DNA from: an uncultured Alphaproteobacteria bacterium
GTDB taxonomy: Bacteria; Pseudomonadota; Alphaproteobacteria; CAIYWZ01
Length of the DNA: 64,000 nt
Direction of reading: 5' to 3'
Assembly (NCBI GenBank): GCA_964497925.1
Contig: CAZCFE010000001.1
Span: 6,460 to 70,459, forward strand
A model generated the notes under the pieces. It was not told the origin of the DNA, ran no database searches, and saw only the letters and a program-made list of their open reading frames with translations. The number at the start of each line of letters is the position of its first letter. The stretch's first letter is position 1. The translations under genes and the position numbers were made by a program. Below, in pieces: positions 19,520 to 27,542 of this stretch.

Positions 19520-20094
19520 AACAACACCTTAATCAACCAAAAACCAAATATAATAACAACCATCATCCCTCCCATTACAAACCCCATACGTTTATAAACA
19601 AAATCACGCATGATCTCACCAAAATACCATGTAAACAAAGCAAAAATTAAAAATCTTGACCCTCTTCCTATGATAGAAGCACAAATAAATATCCAAAAAT
19701 CCATTGACGCAAGTCCGCTCAATATGGTAACAACCTTAAAAGGAATGGGCGTCAAAGACTTCAATGCAATCAGCCAAAAACCCCATTCTTGTGCAAGTTC
19801 TTGGAATCTTAGAGCTTGCAGCTCGTACCCATATGTATGTATGATTTCAATACCAATTGTTTGATAAAAAGCATATCCAATATAGTATCCAACAATGCCT
19901 CCAAAAACCGAAGCCGCTGTACACCAAATAGCTACTTTAAAAAAAATCGATCTATTTGCGACGATTATCAAAATCATTAATAAGTCTGGCGGTATAGGCG
20001 ATATAAAACTTTCTAAGAAAGAAATTAAAGATAAAATCCATACTGCTTGTGGATGTTGAGAGTATTCCAAAATTTTTTTATATATACGCTGCAT
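19516..20094 (-). CDS. DedA/YqaA-family inner-membrane protein
   Basis: 192 aa, polytopic. VTILSGLASMDFWIFICASIIGRGSRFLIFAL resembles the DedA-family core. Confidence 0.4.
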   Translation of the reverse strand: MQRIYKKILEYSQHPQAVWILSLISFLESFISPIPPDLLMILIIVANRSIFFKVAIWCTAASVFGGIVGYYIGYAFYQTIGIEIIHTYGYELQALRFQELAQEWGFWLIALKSLTPIPFKVVTILSGLASMDFWIFICASIIGRGSRFLIFALFTWYFGEIMRDFVYKRMGFVMGGMMVVIIFGFWLIKVLL

Positions 20095-20172
20095 TTTATT
20101 TCTTTTTATATTCTCAAGATTAGACTATATTAATAACACATTTTTACAAACTTTGTCTATGGGTACAATTGA

Positions 20173-20985
20173 ATGTTTTTTCGAACATATTCTCAATCTT
20201 TTATAAAAAAGAAATTCAGATTAGATTTTTTAAAAAAGAACAATCTTTCGTTGAAAATTTTTCTAGGGATAAACATCATCTTTTGGACAGATTACAGCAC
20301 ATCCTTATTTTATTCTTTAAAAAGATCCATATTGCTTTTCATTTTTCCTATTTTAGATTTTATTTCTGTTTTTCAAGATAACATTTCATTAATTCAATAT
20401 ATAAAACTGAACCAAGAAGAACGCGTACACTTAAAAACTCTTGAAAACAGATATGAGGCACTTAAAAATCAACATGACAAGTTACAAATTGAAGTTCAGG
20501 ATTTAAGAGAAATTTTAAAAAGTCCAGCGCCCATCACATCAACTGCATGCATTGCAAACGTCATCGGTCTTCATTCCACACAAACAACCATGCGTATTAC
20601 CATAAATAAGGGCTCTGACGACGGACTAAGGGAAGGGCAAGTGGTCATAGCGCCTAAAGGCTTAGTCGGCCAGATTTCCGATGTATGGCCAAAATATAGC
20701 ACTATCAAAACCATCCTGGATCAATCTTTAAAAATTCCATCACAGGTCCTCTCTACAAAAGAAAAAGGTATGGTGATGCACTACAGCCAAGAAACCCTAA
20801 TCTTAAAATATCTAGAAATAAAATCCCCTCCTGAAATTGGACAAACCGTTTACACAACTAAGTTTCAGAATATCTATCCAGAAAACTTGGTCATAGGAAA
20901 AATTATTGGATTTGAAAAAGATGCCCCTTTGATTAAGCCTGCTGTTGATGTTTCACGTTTAGATTATGTAATGATTTTAAAATGA
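20173..20985 (+). CDS. mreC: Rod shape-determining protein MreC
   Basis: Coiled-coil segment (LKNQHDKLQIEVQDLREIL), then beta-domain motifs KGSDDGLREGQVVIAPKGLVGQI. Followed by mreD. The exact start is uncertain. Confidence 0.7.
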   Translation: MFFRTYSQSFIKKKFRLDFLKKNNLSLKIFLGINIIFWTDYSTSLFYSLKRSILLFIFPILDFISVFQDNISLIQYIKLNQEERVHLKTLENRYEALKNQHDKLQIEVQDLREILKSPAPITSTACIANVIGLHSTQTTMRITINKGSDDGLREGQVVIAPKGLVGQISDVWPKYSTIKTILDQSLKIPSQVLSTKEKGMVMHYSQETLILKYLEIKSPPEIGQTVYTTKFQNIYPENLVIGKIIGFEKDAPLIKPAVDVSRLDYVMILK

Positions 20986-21443
20986 AAAATAACTTAGAAA
21001 GAATTTCTCTTGATTTTATATTGAAAATTTTAGTATTTTTATTTTTAATTCTCATCACGCTTATTTCTCATTCAAAATATTTCTCCTCTTTTCAAAAAGA
21101 TTTATTACTTTTATTTATATTTCAGATTTCTATTTATCTTTCAAAATATACTCCCCTAATAACAATTATTATTATTGGATTTTTATACGACATCTTAAAT
21201 TTTGGGCTGCTTGGATTTTACACATTTTTTATTACTTCCATGCATATCCTACTTAAGAACAAAAAAAACTATTTATTCTTTAAAGATTTTTACTACTCTT
21301 GGGTTATTTTTTGTTCGTTAATTATGCTGCGCTTTACCCTGTACTCTTTTTTTTGCTGTAATGTAAGCTTTAATGGCTCCTTATGCATCTGTCTTACATA
21401 CCCTATCACTGCAAAAATCTTTCAAAAAATTCTTAGAATTTAA
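20982..21443 (+). CDS. mreD: Rod shape-determining protein MreD
   Basis: 153 aa, very hydrophobic polytopic protein immediately after mreC with a 4-nt overlap. Confidence 0.5.
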   Translation: MKNNLERISLDFILKILVFLFLILITLISHSKYFSSFQKDLLLLFIFQISIYLSKYTPLITIIIIGFLYDILNFGLLGFYTFFITSMHILLKNKKNYLFFKDFYYSWVIFCSLIMLRFTLYSFFCCNVSFNGSLCICLTYPITAKIFQKILRI

Positions 21444-21507
21444 CAAAGATCATTTCTTGTTAAAGCTTTTTTAATGATATTGATATAAAAATAAAATAAT
21501 AAAAATA

Positions 21508-21535
21508 TTGACGAAATCAAAATAATCAGTAAAGT
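21508..21535 (+). promoter_or_regulatory. Candidate sigma70 promoter for tRNA-Met/Ile2
   Basis: TTGACG (21508-21513), 16-nt spacer, TAAAGT (21530-21535), about 15 nt before the tRNA 5' end. Confidence 0.3.
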
Positions 21536-21550
21536 TAATGACTGGAAGTT

Positions 21551-21627
21551 GGGCCTGTAGTTCAGCTGGTTAGAACAGGCCGCTCATAACGGCTTGGTCG
21601 CGGGTTCGAGTCCTGCCGGGCCCACCA
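21551..21627 (+). tRNA. tRNA with CAT anticodon: elongator Met or lysidine-modified Ile2, not the initiator
   Basis: Acceptor GGGCCTG/CGGGCCC with a paired 1:72, anticodon stem GGCCG/CGGCT lacking the three G:C pairs of initiators, loop CTCATAA, T-loop TTCGAGT, encoded CCA. Confidence 0.8.
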
Positions 21628-21658
21628 ACTTCTGATCTATGATTTAAGGAAAGAAAAA

Positions 21659-22291
21659 ATGAATAGCCTTCCAATAGATATTCTCATCTTTGCAGTTATT
21701 GCAGGATTAATCGCCTATAGATACAATAGCATTCTTGGAACAAAAAATGATGAGGATGATGATCGAAAAAATAAACATTGGGATCATGAGGCGAAAGTTA
21801 TTGCCTTTCCTGGAACAAAAATTGAGAATGATCACCAAAGCTCAGTTTCAGATTTATCTTCAACCCTTAACATGATCAGCCTTAAAGACGAAGATTTTGA
21901 AATATCATCCTTTATAGAAAATGCAAAAACTGCATTCAAGATGATCGTATCTTCTTTTATCAATGGAGACATGTCTAACGTCAGCGAGTTTCTCAATGGA
22001 GCCGTAACAAGAAAATTCCGATCAGCGATCAAAGAACGTGAAGCAGGTATTAATCTAAAGTTAGATCATATTGATCACGCTCAAATTGTCGACGCCTCTT
22101 TAATTGGGTCTTTAGCGCAAATTACTGTTAGATTCACCTCAACTCAAACTTTATTACAAAATGGCCAAGCACAAGGAACTCAACAAGTTTGTGATCTATG
22201 GATATTTTCGAAAAATATTTATGCACAAACCCCTATCTGGACATTAGTTGACATCATGCCGGCCATCGATGAAGCAAATGAACGCATTTAG
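21659..22291 (+). CDS. Tim44-like domain protein (membrane-anchored)
   Basis: N-terminal TM (IDILIFAVIAGLIAY), then an NTF2-like domain of typical Tim44 length. This family is common in alphaproteobacteria. Confidence 0.5.
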   Translation: MNSLPIDILIFAVIAGLIAYRYNSILGTKNDEDDDRKNKHWDHEAKVIAFPGTKIENDHQSSVSDLSSTLNMISLKDEDFEISSFIENAKTAFKMIVSSFINGDMSNVSEFLNGAVTRKFRSAIKEREAGINLKLDHIDHAQIVDASLIGSLAQITVRFTSTQTLLQNGQAQGTQQVCDLWIFSKNIYAQTPIWTLVDIMPAIDEANERI

Positions 22292-22913
22292 CTTTTATAA
22301 AACTGATAGCACTTTCCAAAACTTCTTCTCGTGATATTGAGCCCGTATCAATAACGCAGGCATCAATCGCAGGAGTTAATGGCGCAATTTTTCGAGTAGA
22401 ATCCTGCTGATCTCGCATCTCCATCTGCATCAACAAATCATCAAAATTTATGGTGTCTTTTTTTTCAAGAAGCTCTAAATAGCGACGATGCGCCCGAATA
22501 CTCAAATGAGCTGTTAAAAAGAATTTAGCATCTGCATCTGGGCAAATGACAGTGCCAATATCACGGCCATCCAAAATGGACCCTGAATATCCTTTTTGAG
22601 GATTATGTGCAAAAAAACGCTGGAATTCGATTAAAGCATTCCGAACCCCTTCATACGAACTCACTTTCGATGCTAATAATGATATTTCAGGTGATCGCAA
22701 ATGAGGACAATCCAAAACTTGGAAATCTAAAGATTTTGCAATCAATTCAGCCTGAGCATGATCATTCAAGTCTATTTTTTTTTGATCCATTTGATATGCA
22801 ACTGCTCTATATAAAAGCCCCGTATCAAGTAAACAGAGATTCAACTCCGCAGCCAAAGATCTTCCAAGTGTCCCCTTACCGACTCCTGCTGTTCCATCTA
22901 TTGCAATAATCAT
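22254..22913 (-). CDS. cmk: Cytidylate kinase
   Basis: MIIAIDGTAGVGKGT P-loop and LLDTGLLYRAVA. Confidence 0.85.
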   Translation of the reverse strand: MIIAIDGTAGVGKGTLGRSLAAELNLCLLDTGLLYRAVAYQMDQKKIDLNDHAQAELIAKSLDFQVLDCPHLRSPEISLLASKVSSYEGVRNALIEFQRFFAHNPQKGYSGSILDGRDIGTVICPDADAKFFLTAHLSIRAHRRYLELLEKKDTINFDDLLMQMEMRDQQDSTRKIAPLTPAIDACVIDTGSISREEVLESAISFIKAKCVHLLHRWPA

Positions 22914-23596
22914 ACAACCAAATCCTTCATCGAATACAATCCTGTTTTATCTTTTATGTTCATTAAAAATTTTGCACATTCTAGGGCGCCTTTTGCATAA
23001 GCAGAAGAATCCCAATTGTGATATTTTAACTCCAGCATACCATCTTGAGAAATAAATGAAACAGTATGGGCATTGTACCCCTCCCCTCCCCTACTGACTG
23101 AAACACCTATATCTCCATCTTCCCTGACAGGCGTTTCTTGATAATTTTTTATTTTATGCCATTTTAACTTTAATCCTTGAATCTCTTTTGCTAATGAAAT
23201 TGCGGTCCCAGAAGGCGCATCTTTTTTAAACTTATGATGCAATTCATGAATCTCTACATCATGATCATAATCTAACATTTTTGCAGCAAGCGTCATTGTT
23301 CTTCTTAAAACTTCAATACCAAAACTCATATTAGGGGCATAAAAAACTTTAGTTAGCAAAGATGCTTTTTCCATAAATATAAACTGGTCCTCGTTTAACC
23401 CGGTTGTTCCTATGACAATTGGTTTTTTATCTTCAATTGCTTTTGATAAATGCTCCTTAAATTTGCTCTGATGCGTAAAATCAATATAAACGTCAGAAAA
23501 ATCTGAAGCTAGTGAGAAATCTGTCCCGGACCTTATTTCACAACGAATTAAGTTCGCAATCCTTCCGCTTTTTCCAAACACATGTACCTGAATCAT
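22910..23596 (-). CDS. dapB: 4-hydroxy-tetrahydrodipicolinate reductase
   Basis: IQVHVFGKSGRIANLI N-terminal NAD(P) fold, IGTTGL, and E(L)HHKFKKDAPSGTA catalytic motif. Confidence 0.8.
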   Translation of the reverse strand: MIQVHVFGKSGRIANLIRCEIRSGTDFSLASDFSDVYIDFTHQSKFKEHLSKAIEDKKPIVIGTTGLNEDQFIFMEKASLLTKVFYAPNMSFGIEVLRRTMTLAAKMLDYDHDVEIHELHHKFKKDAPSGTAISLAKEIQGLKLKWHKIKNYQETPVREDGDIGVSVSRGGEGYNAHTVSFISQDGMLELKYHNWDSSAYAKGALECAKFLMNIKDKTGLYSMKDLVV

Positions 23597-23713
23597 TTTT
23601 TACAACCTTTTTAAAAAATTTATTAACAAATGAATTGACAAACATATCATTTTTCGACTTATAATTAACACATGACTACTAAATTAACAAAAACAAAATG
23701 ACGAGGAAGTAAA

Positions 23714-24070
23714 ATGAAATATCTTTTATCAGCCATATCAACAATTTTTATCAGTTCATCACTCTTGGCTATAGCAGGAAAGGCCGGACCAGGATGCTGT
23801 TTGAATTCATGCAGAACAAATTGTGACCAACATCAAAGCGTAACAACATCTGAATATAACGGTTGCATAAAAAAATGTGACGAACACTTTGCAAAAATAG
23901 CATTAGAAACAACCTCAGTTCCAAGTGTAGAAATTGCGCAAATTTTTCCAAAAAAAGATGCCCCAAAGGCTCCGAAATCTCCTCCCGCGAAAGCAACTGT
24001 AAAAACAGCTTCTACTGTTAAGAAAGAAGCCGCCGCTCCAAAAAAACAAGACACAACACCAAAAGCGTAA
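23714..24070 (+). CDS. Small secreted cysteine-rich protein with a lysine/alanine/proline-rich (histone H1-like) tail
   Basis: Signal peptide MKYLLSAISTIFISSSLLAIA. Seven cysteines in GPGCCLNSCRTNCDQH...NGCIKKCDEH. C-terminus PKKDAPKAPKSPPAKATVKTASTVKKEAAAPKK. Confidence 0.45.
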   Translation: MKYLLSAISTIFISSSLLAIAGKAGPGCCLNSCRTNCDQHQSVTTSEYNGCIKKCDEHFAKIALETTSVPSVEIAQIFPKKDAPKAPKSPPAKATVKTASTVKKEAAAPKKQDTTPKA

Positions 24071-24117
24071 AATAAAAATGTGGAGTCTCCCTTTATGATC
24101 AAACAAGGGAGACTTGC

Positions 24118-24366
24118 TTACTGAATTACTAAAAGCACATCCTGAATAAACATATCCGCATTCTCCCCATCAACTTCAAGAGAAATTTCGTCCCCTTGCT
24201 GCACACATAAACACAACATATCCAAAATGGAACTGACGTTAACTTTTTGATCTTTATAAACTAAAAAACACGAAACTTTATAATCCTTAGCCAGTTTTGA
24301 AAGTGCCGCACAAGGCCTTGTATGAAGTCCTCCTGGGGCTTCAACCTTAAGGTGTTTGTAAAACAT
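24118..24366 (-). CDS. ptsH: HPr/NPr phosphocarrier protein
   Basis: MFYKHLKVEAPGGLHTRPCAALSK contains the GLH(T/A)RP phospho-histidine motif. Start chosen at the internal Met, since the upstream extension overlaps the EIIA gene. Confidence 0.65.
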   Translation of the reverse strand: MFYKHLKVEAPGGLHTRPCAALSKLAKDYKVSCFLVYKDQKVNVSSILDMLCLCVQQGDEISLEVDGENADMFIQDVLLVIQ

Positions 24367-24748
24367 CGTTTGCAATTTGTATATATTTCTTTCCTGCATC
24401 TTGGGCTAAATGAACGAGTTTATTTAATGGCGTATCATTTCTTAAAGACAGTGCCTTAATAAGCATTGGCATATTCACCCCTGCCAAAACCTCAATATTA
24501 GCCAGCCCCAAAACTGAAAGGGCAAGATTAGAAGGAGTTCCCCCAAAAAGATCTGTTAAAATTAAAACACCATCTCCCGTATCGCACTGACAGGCCAAAT
24601 CTTTAAGCGTTTGCGTTGCTTGAGGAAACAGTTCTTCCCCATCAATACTTAAAGTGTGCAAATTTTCTTGGGGACCCATGATTTTTTGAACGACATGAGA
24701 AAACTCTTGAGCCAAATTTCCATGCGCGACAACAATGACACCTATCAT
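24347..24748 (-). CDS. PTS EIIA component, mannose/fructose type
   Basis: MIGVIVVAHGNLAQE N-terminus (active His in the VAHG motif) and ~133 aa size fit EIIA-Man. Sits between rapZ and ptsH, as in alphaproteobacterial hprK-manX-ptsH/Ntr modules. Confidence 0.65.
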   Translation of the reverse strand: MIGVIVVAHGNLAQEFSHVVQKIMGPQENLHTLSIDGEELFPQATQTLKDLACQCDTGDGVLILTDLFGGTPSNLALSVLGLANIEVLAGVNMPMLIKALSLRNDTPLNKLVHLAQDAGKKYIQIANDVLQTP

Positions 24749-24752
24749 TAGC

Positions 24753-25622
24753 TTACTTCTCCTTACTCTCTAAATCTCTGTGATGAACTTCAACTTTTAT
24801 ATTTTCTTTCTTAAAAAACATAAACAATTCTTGCGTAATAAAAACAGAACGATGCTGACCTCCTGTGCACCCAATACCAATTGATACACTTTTTCTCAAA
24901 TCTTGTCTATATCTTGGAAGTAAAATTTTAAATATTTCTAACGTATGACGCATAAAAGGCTCATACAAAGGATCTTGACGGATATACTCTTGAATAAGAT
25001 CATGTTGACCATTCATAGGGCGCAGTTCTTCTTCATAGTAAGGATTTGAAAGAAACCTGACATCAAATATAAATTCCGCATTACGCGGAATTCCATATCT
25101 AAAACCAAAAGATGTTAAATGCACATGAAAATCTAAATTTCCTTCTTCGCCAAAATGATGCATCAAAAGTCTTGTGAATTCAGGCGCTTTAAGGCCAGAT
25201 GTATCGATAATAGAATCGCTCTCTCTCTTTAAAGGGCTCAATAAGACTCGCTCTTGAGTGATTGCCTCCATAATTGGTACGTTTTCAAGCAATGGATGCG
25301 GTCTTCTACTTTCAGCGTATCTGTGATACAGGACATGATCATCACAATCTAAAAATACAACCTTAAAATCAAAGTTAGGTCTTGATTTTAATTCTTCTAT
25401 TATTTGCGAGATTTTTTCTCCCTCAAAGTCCCTCGTACGGGTGTCAATTCCAATAACAATGCGTTTTGGTAAAAATTGTTCTGGATTTAATATATCAAGT
25501 ATCGTAAAAAGAGGGGGGTTGTCGATAACTTCGTATCCGATGTCTTCGAGCCTTTTAAGAGAAAATGTCTTTCCTGCCCCAGAAAGACCAGTAAGAAGAA
25601 GAACTTGTGTTTTTTGAGTCAT
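24753..25622 (-). CDS. rapZ: RNase adapter protein RapZ (YhbJ family P-loop NTPase)
   Basis: 289 aa. LLTGLSGAGKT Walker A at the N-terminus, and C-terminal GCTGGQHRS motif characteristic of RapZ. Confidence 0.75.
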   Translation of the reverse strand: MTQKTQVLLLTGLSGAGKTFSLKRLEDIGYEVIDNPPLFTILDILNPEQFLPKRIVIGIDTRTRDFEGEKISQIIEELKSRPNFDFKVVFLDCDDHVLYHRYAESRRPHPLLENVPIMEAITQERVLLSPLKRESDSIIDTSGLKAPEFTRLLMHHFGEEGNLDFHVHLTSFGFRYGIPRNAEFIFDVRFLSNPYYEEELRPMNGQHDLIQEYIRQDPLYEPFMRHTLEIFKILLPRYRQDLRKSVSIGIGCTGGQHRSVFITQELFMFFKKENIKVEVHHRDLESKEK

Positions 25623-25713
25623 ATTTTTTCTTTAATGTTAAGTTCATATAACAACAGAAAATACCAAAATGGCAATAAATGCAAGCTATAAATATTAAAA
25701 TGGAGAATAAAAA

Positions 25714-27459
25714 ATGATTGAGATTAAAGACCTGGTATTGCGTGTTGCCGGAAGAGTTTTATTAGAAAACGCTTCTGCCGTATTACCAGAGCGTGGAAAA
25801 ATAGGCTTTGTCGGAAGAAACGGCGCTGGAAAAACAACCCTTTTAAAAACTCTTCAGGGGATCTTTCCATACGAATCAGGAGAGATTGGTTTTACAAAAG
25901 ATAGCGAATTAAAATACGTAAAACAGGAGATTGATGATGTTAGCTTATCTCCCCTTGCTTATTTAATCAAAGAAGCAGCAATCGAAGATGATGATGATTT
26001 CAAACTTGAAAGACAAATCGAAGCCCAAGGGGCGAAAATCTTAAGAGGGCTCGGGTTTACCACTGAAACAATGATGGTCCCTTTATCAGAACTTTCAGGA
26101 GGATGGCGTATGCGTGTTATGTTGGCATGCATTTTAATAGGGCGTCCTGGCATTTTGCTTCTTGATGAGCCAACAAACCATTTAGATCTAGAGGCCGTTG
26201 TTTGGTTAAAATCACACTTAAAAAACTACCAAGGAACTATTCTACTCGTCAGTCACGATAAAACACTACTCAACGACGTGTGTGACCATATTCTGCATCT
26301 AGAAGATAAAAAATTGTTTTTCTACACTGGAAACTATGACAGATTTTCAAGACTCAGATCAGAAAAAATGACTCATCTACAAGCCGCACAAAGAAAAATT
26401 GACGAACGAAGAGAACACATGCAAAGCTTCGTAAATCGATTTGGCGCAACAGCATCAAAAGCAAAACAAGCCCAAAGCAGAGTGAAAGCATTGAGCAAAC
26501 TTGAAAATGTATATGTCCCCTTAGATAGCTCATCTTTTGAAATTTCGTTTCCCCATCCAACACATTTGCCTGTTCCTCTGATTTCAACATACAATTGCGC
26601 TTTTGGTTACGAAGAAGATAAACCCATCTTAAAACGCATTTCTATGCGCATTGATCCAGGCGACAGAATCGCAATATTAGGTCAAAATGGAAATGGAAAA
26701 ACAACATTTGCAAATTATTTAGCAGGGCTTTTACCATTTCAAAATGGAGAAAAAACAGCCGCTTATCACTTAAAAGTTGGATATTTTTATCAACATCAAA
26801 TTGATGTTTTGGATCTTTCAAAAACAGCAGTCGAATTATTAGAGGAAAAAATTCCAAAAGCATCAGCTGTTGATCTTCGGAATCAATTGGCAAGATTTGG
26901 ACTTGAAGCAAACAAAGCCATCACTCCACTTAAAAATCTTTCAGGGGGGGAAAAAGCAAGATTAAATCTTGCTCTTATGTGCGCACTAAACCCCAATATG
27001 ATCATTCTAGACGAACCTACAAACCATCTTGATATGGATACAAAAGAAGCCTTAGGAGATGCTCTTATGGATTTTGAAGGAGCCGTCATCATCATCAGCC
27101 ACGATCAAGAATTCTTGGAAAAAGTTGTTGATCAAATCTGGATTGCTGAGAATAAAACCATATCTGTTTACGAAGGCACCCTAGAAGATTACGAAAAAGA
27201 AGTTCTCTCAAAAACACAAGATAAGCCTCAAAAACAAGAGAAAGAAGAAAAAATAAAACAACAAAAGCCTTCTAAAAATATGGTAAATATCGAAAAAAAA
27301 TTAGAGCAATTGCAAAGGCGAAAAAGTCAAATTGAAGAAAAAATCGCAAATCCAGATTTTTACATTCTTCCGCAAAAAGATCAACAAAAAGCAAATAAAG
27401 AATATCAAGATGTATTGTCATCAATTAAAACACTTGAAGAAGAATGGTTGGAGTCTTAA
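25714..27459 (+). CDS. ABC-F family ATPase (tandem ABC domains, no TM; Uup/EttA-like)
   Basis: Two cassettes: GRNGAGKTT...LSGGWRMR...LLLDEPTNHLD, and GQNGNGKTT...LSGGEKARL...IILDEPTNHLD. C-terminal K/E-rich coiled coil. Confidence 0.8.
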   Translation: MIEIKDLVLRVAGRVLLENASAVLPERGKIGFVGRNGAGKTTLLKTLQGIFPYESGEIGFTKDSELKYVKQEIDDVSLSPLAYLIKEAAIEDDDDFKLERQIEAQGAKILRGLGFTTETMMVPLSELSGGWRMRVMLACILIGRPGILLLDEPTNHLDLEAVVWLKSHLKNYQGTILLVSHDKTLLNDVCDHILHLEDKKLFFYTGNYDRFSRLRSEKMTHLQAAQRKIDERREHMQSFVNRFGATASKAKQAQSRVKALSKLENVYVPLDSSSFEISFPHPTHLPVPLISTYNCAFGYEEDKPILKRISMRIDPGDRIAILGQNGNGKTTFANYLAGLLPFQNGEKTAAYHLKVGYFYQHQIDVLDLSKTAVELLEEKIPKASAVDLRNQLARFGLEANKAITPLKNLSGGEKARLNLALMCALNPNMIILDEPTNHLDMDTKEALGDALMDFEGAVIIISHDQEFLEKVVDQIWIAENKTISVYEGTLEDYEKEVLSKTQDKPQKQEKEEKIKQQKPSKNMVNIEKKLEQLQRRKSQIEEKIANPDFYILPQKDQQKANKEYQDVLSSIKTLEEEWLES

Positions 27460-27542
27460 TAATTAATGAGATTTCTTGACTTTTTCATGGATATATGGTA
27501 TATATTGGAAGAATATTCATCTTATACAAAGGAACCATCGTT

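Noticed and set aside
21551..21627. Initiator tRNA-fMet
   Set aside because: The 1:72 position is a Watson-Crick pair, and the anticodon stem lacks the three consecutive G:C pairs. It is therefore elongator Met or lysidine-Ile2.
26940..26950. G7 tract inside the ABC-F gene
   Set aside because: It encodes a conserved Gly-Gly of the ABC signature (LSGGEKAR), and this length is seen elsewhere in the window. It is less exceptional than the G9 and C8 tracts.
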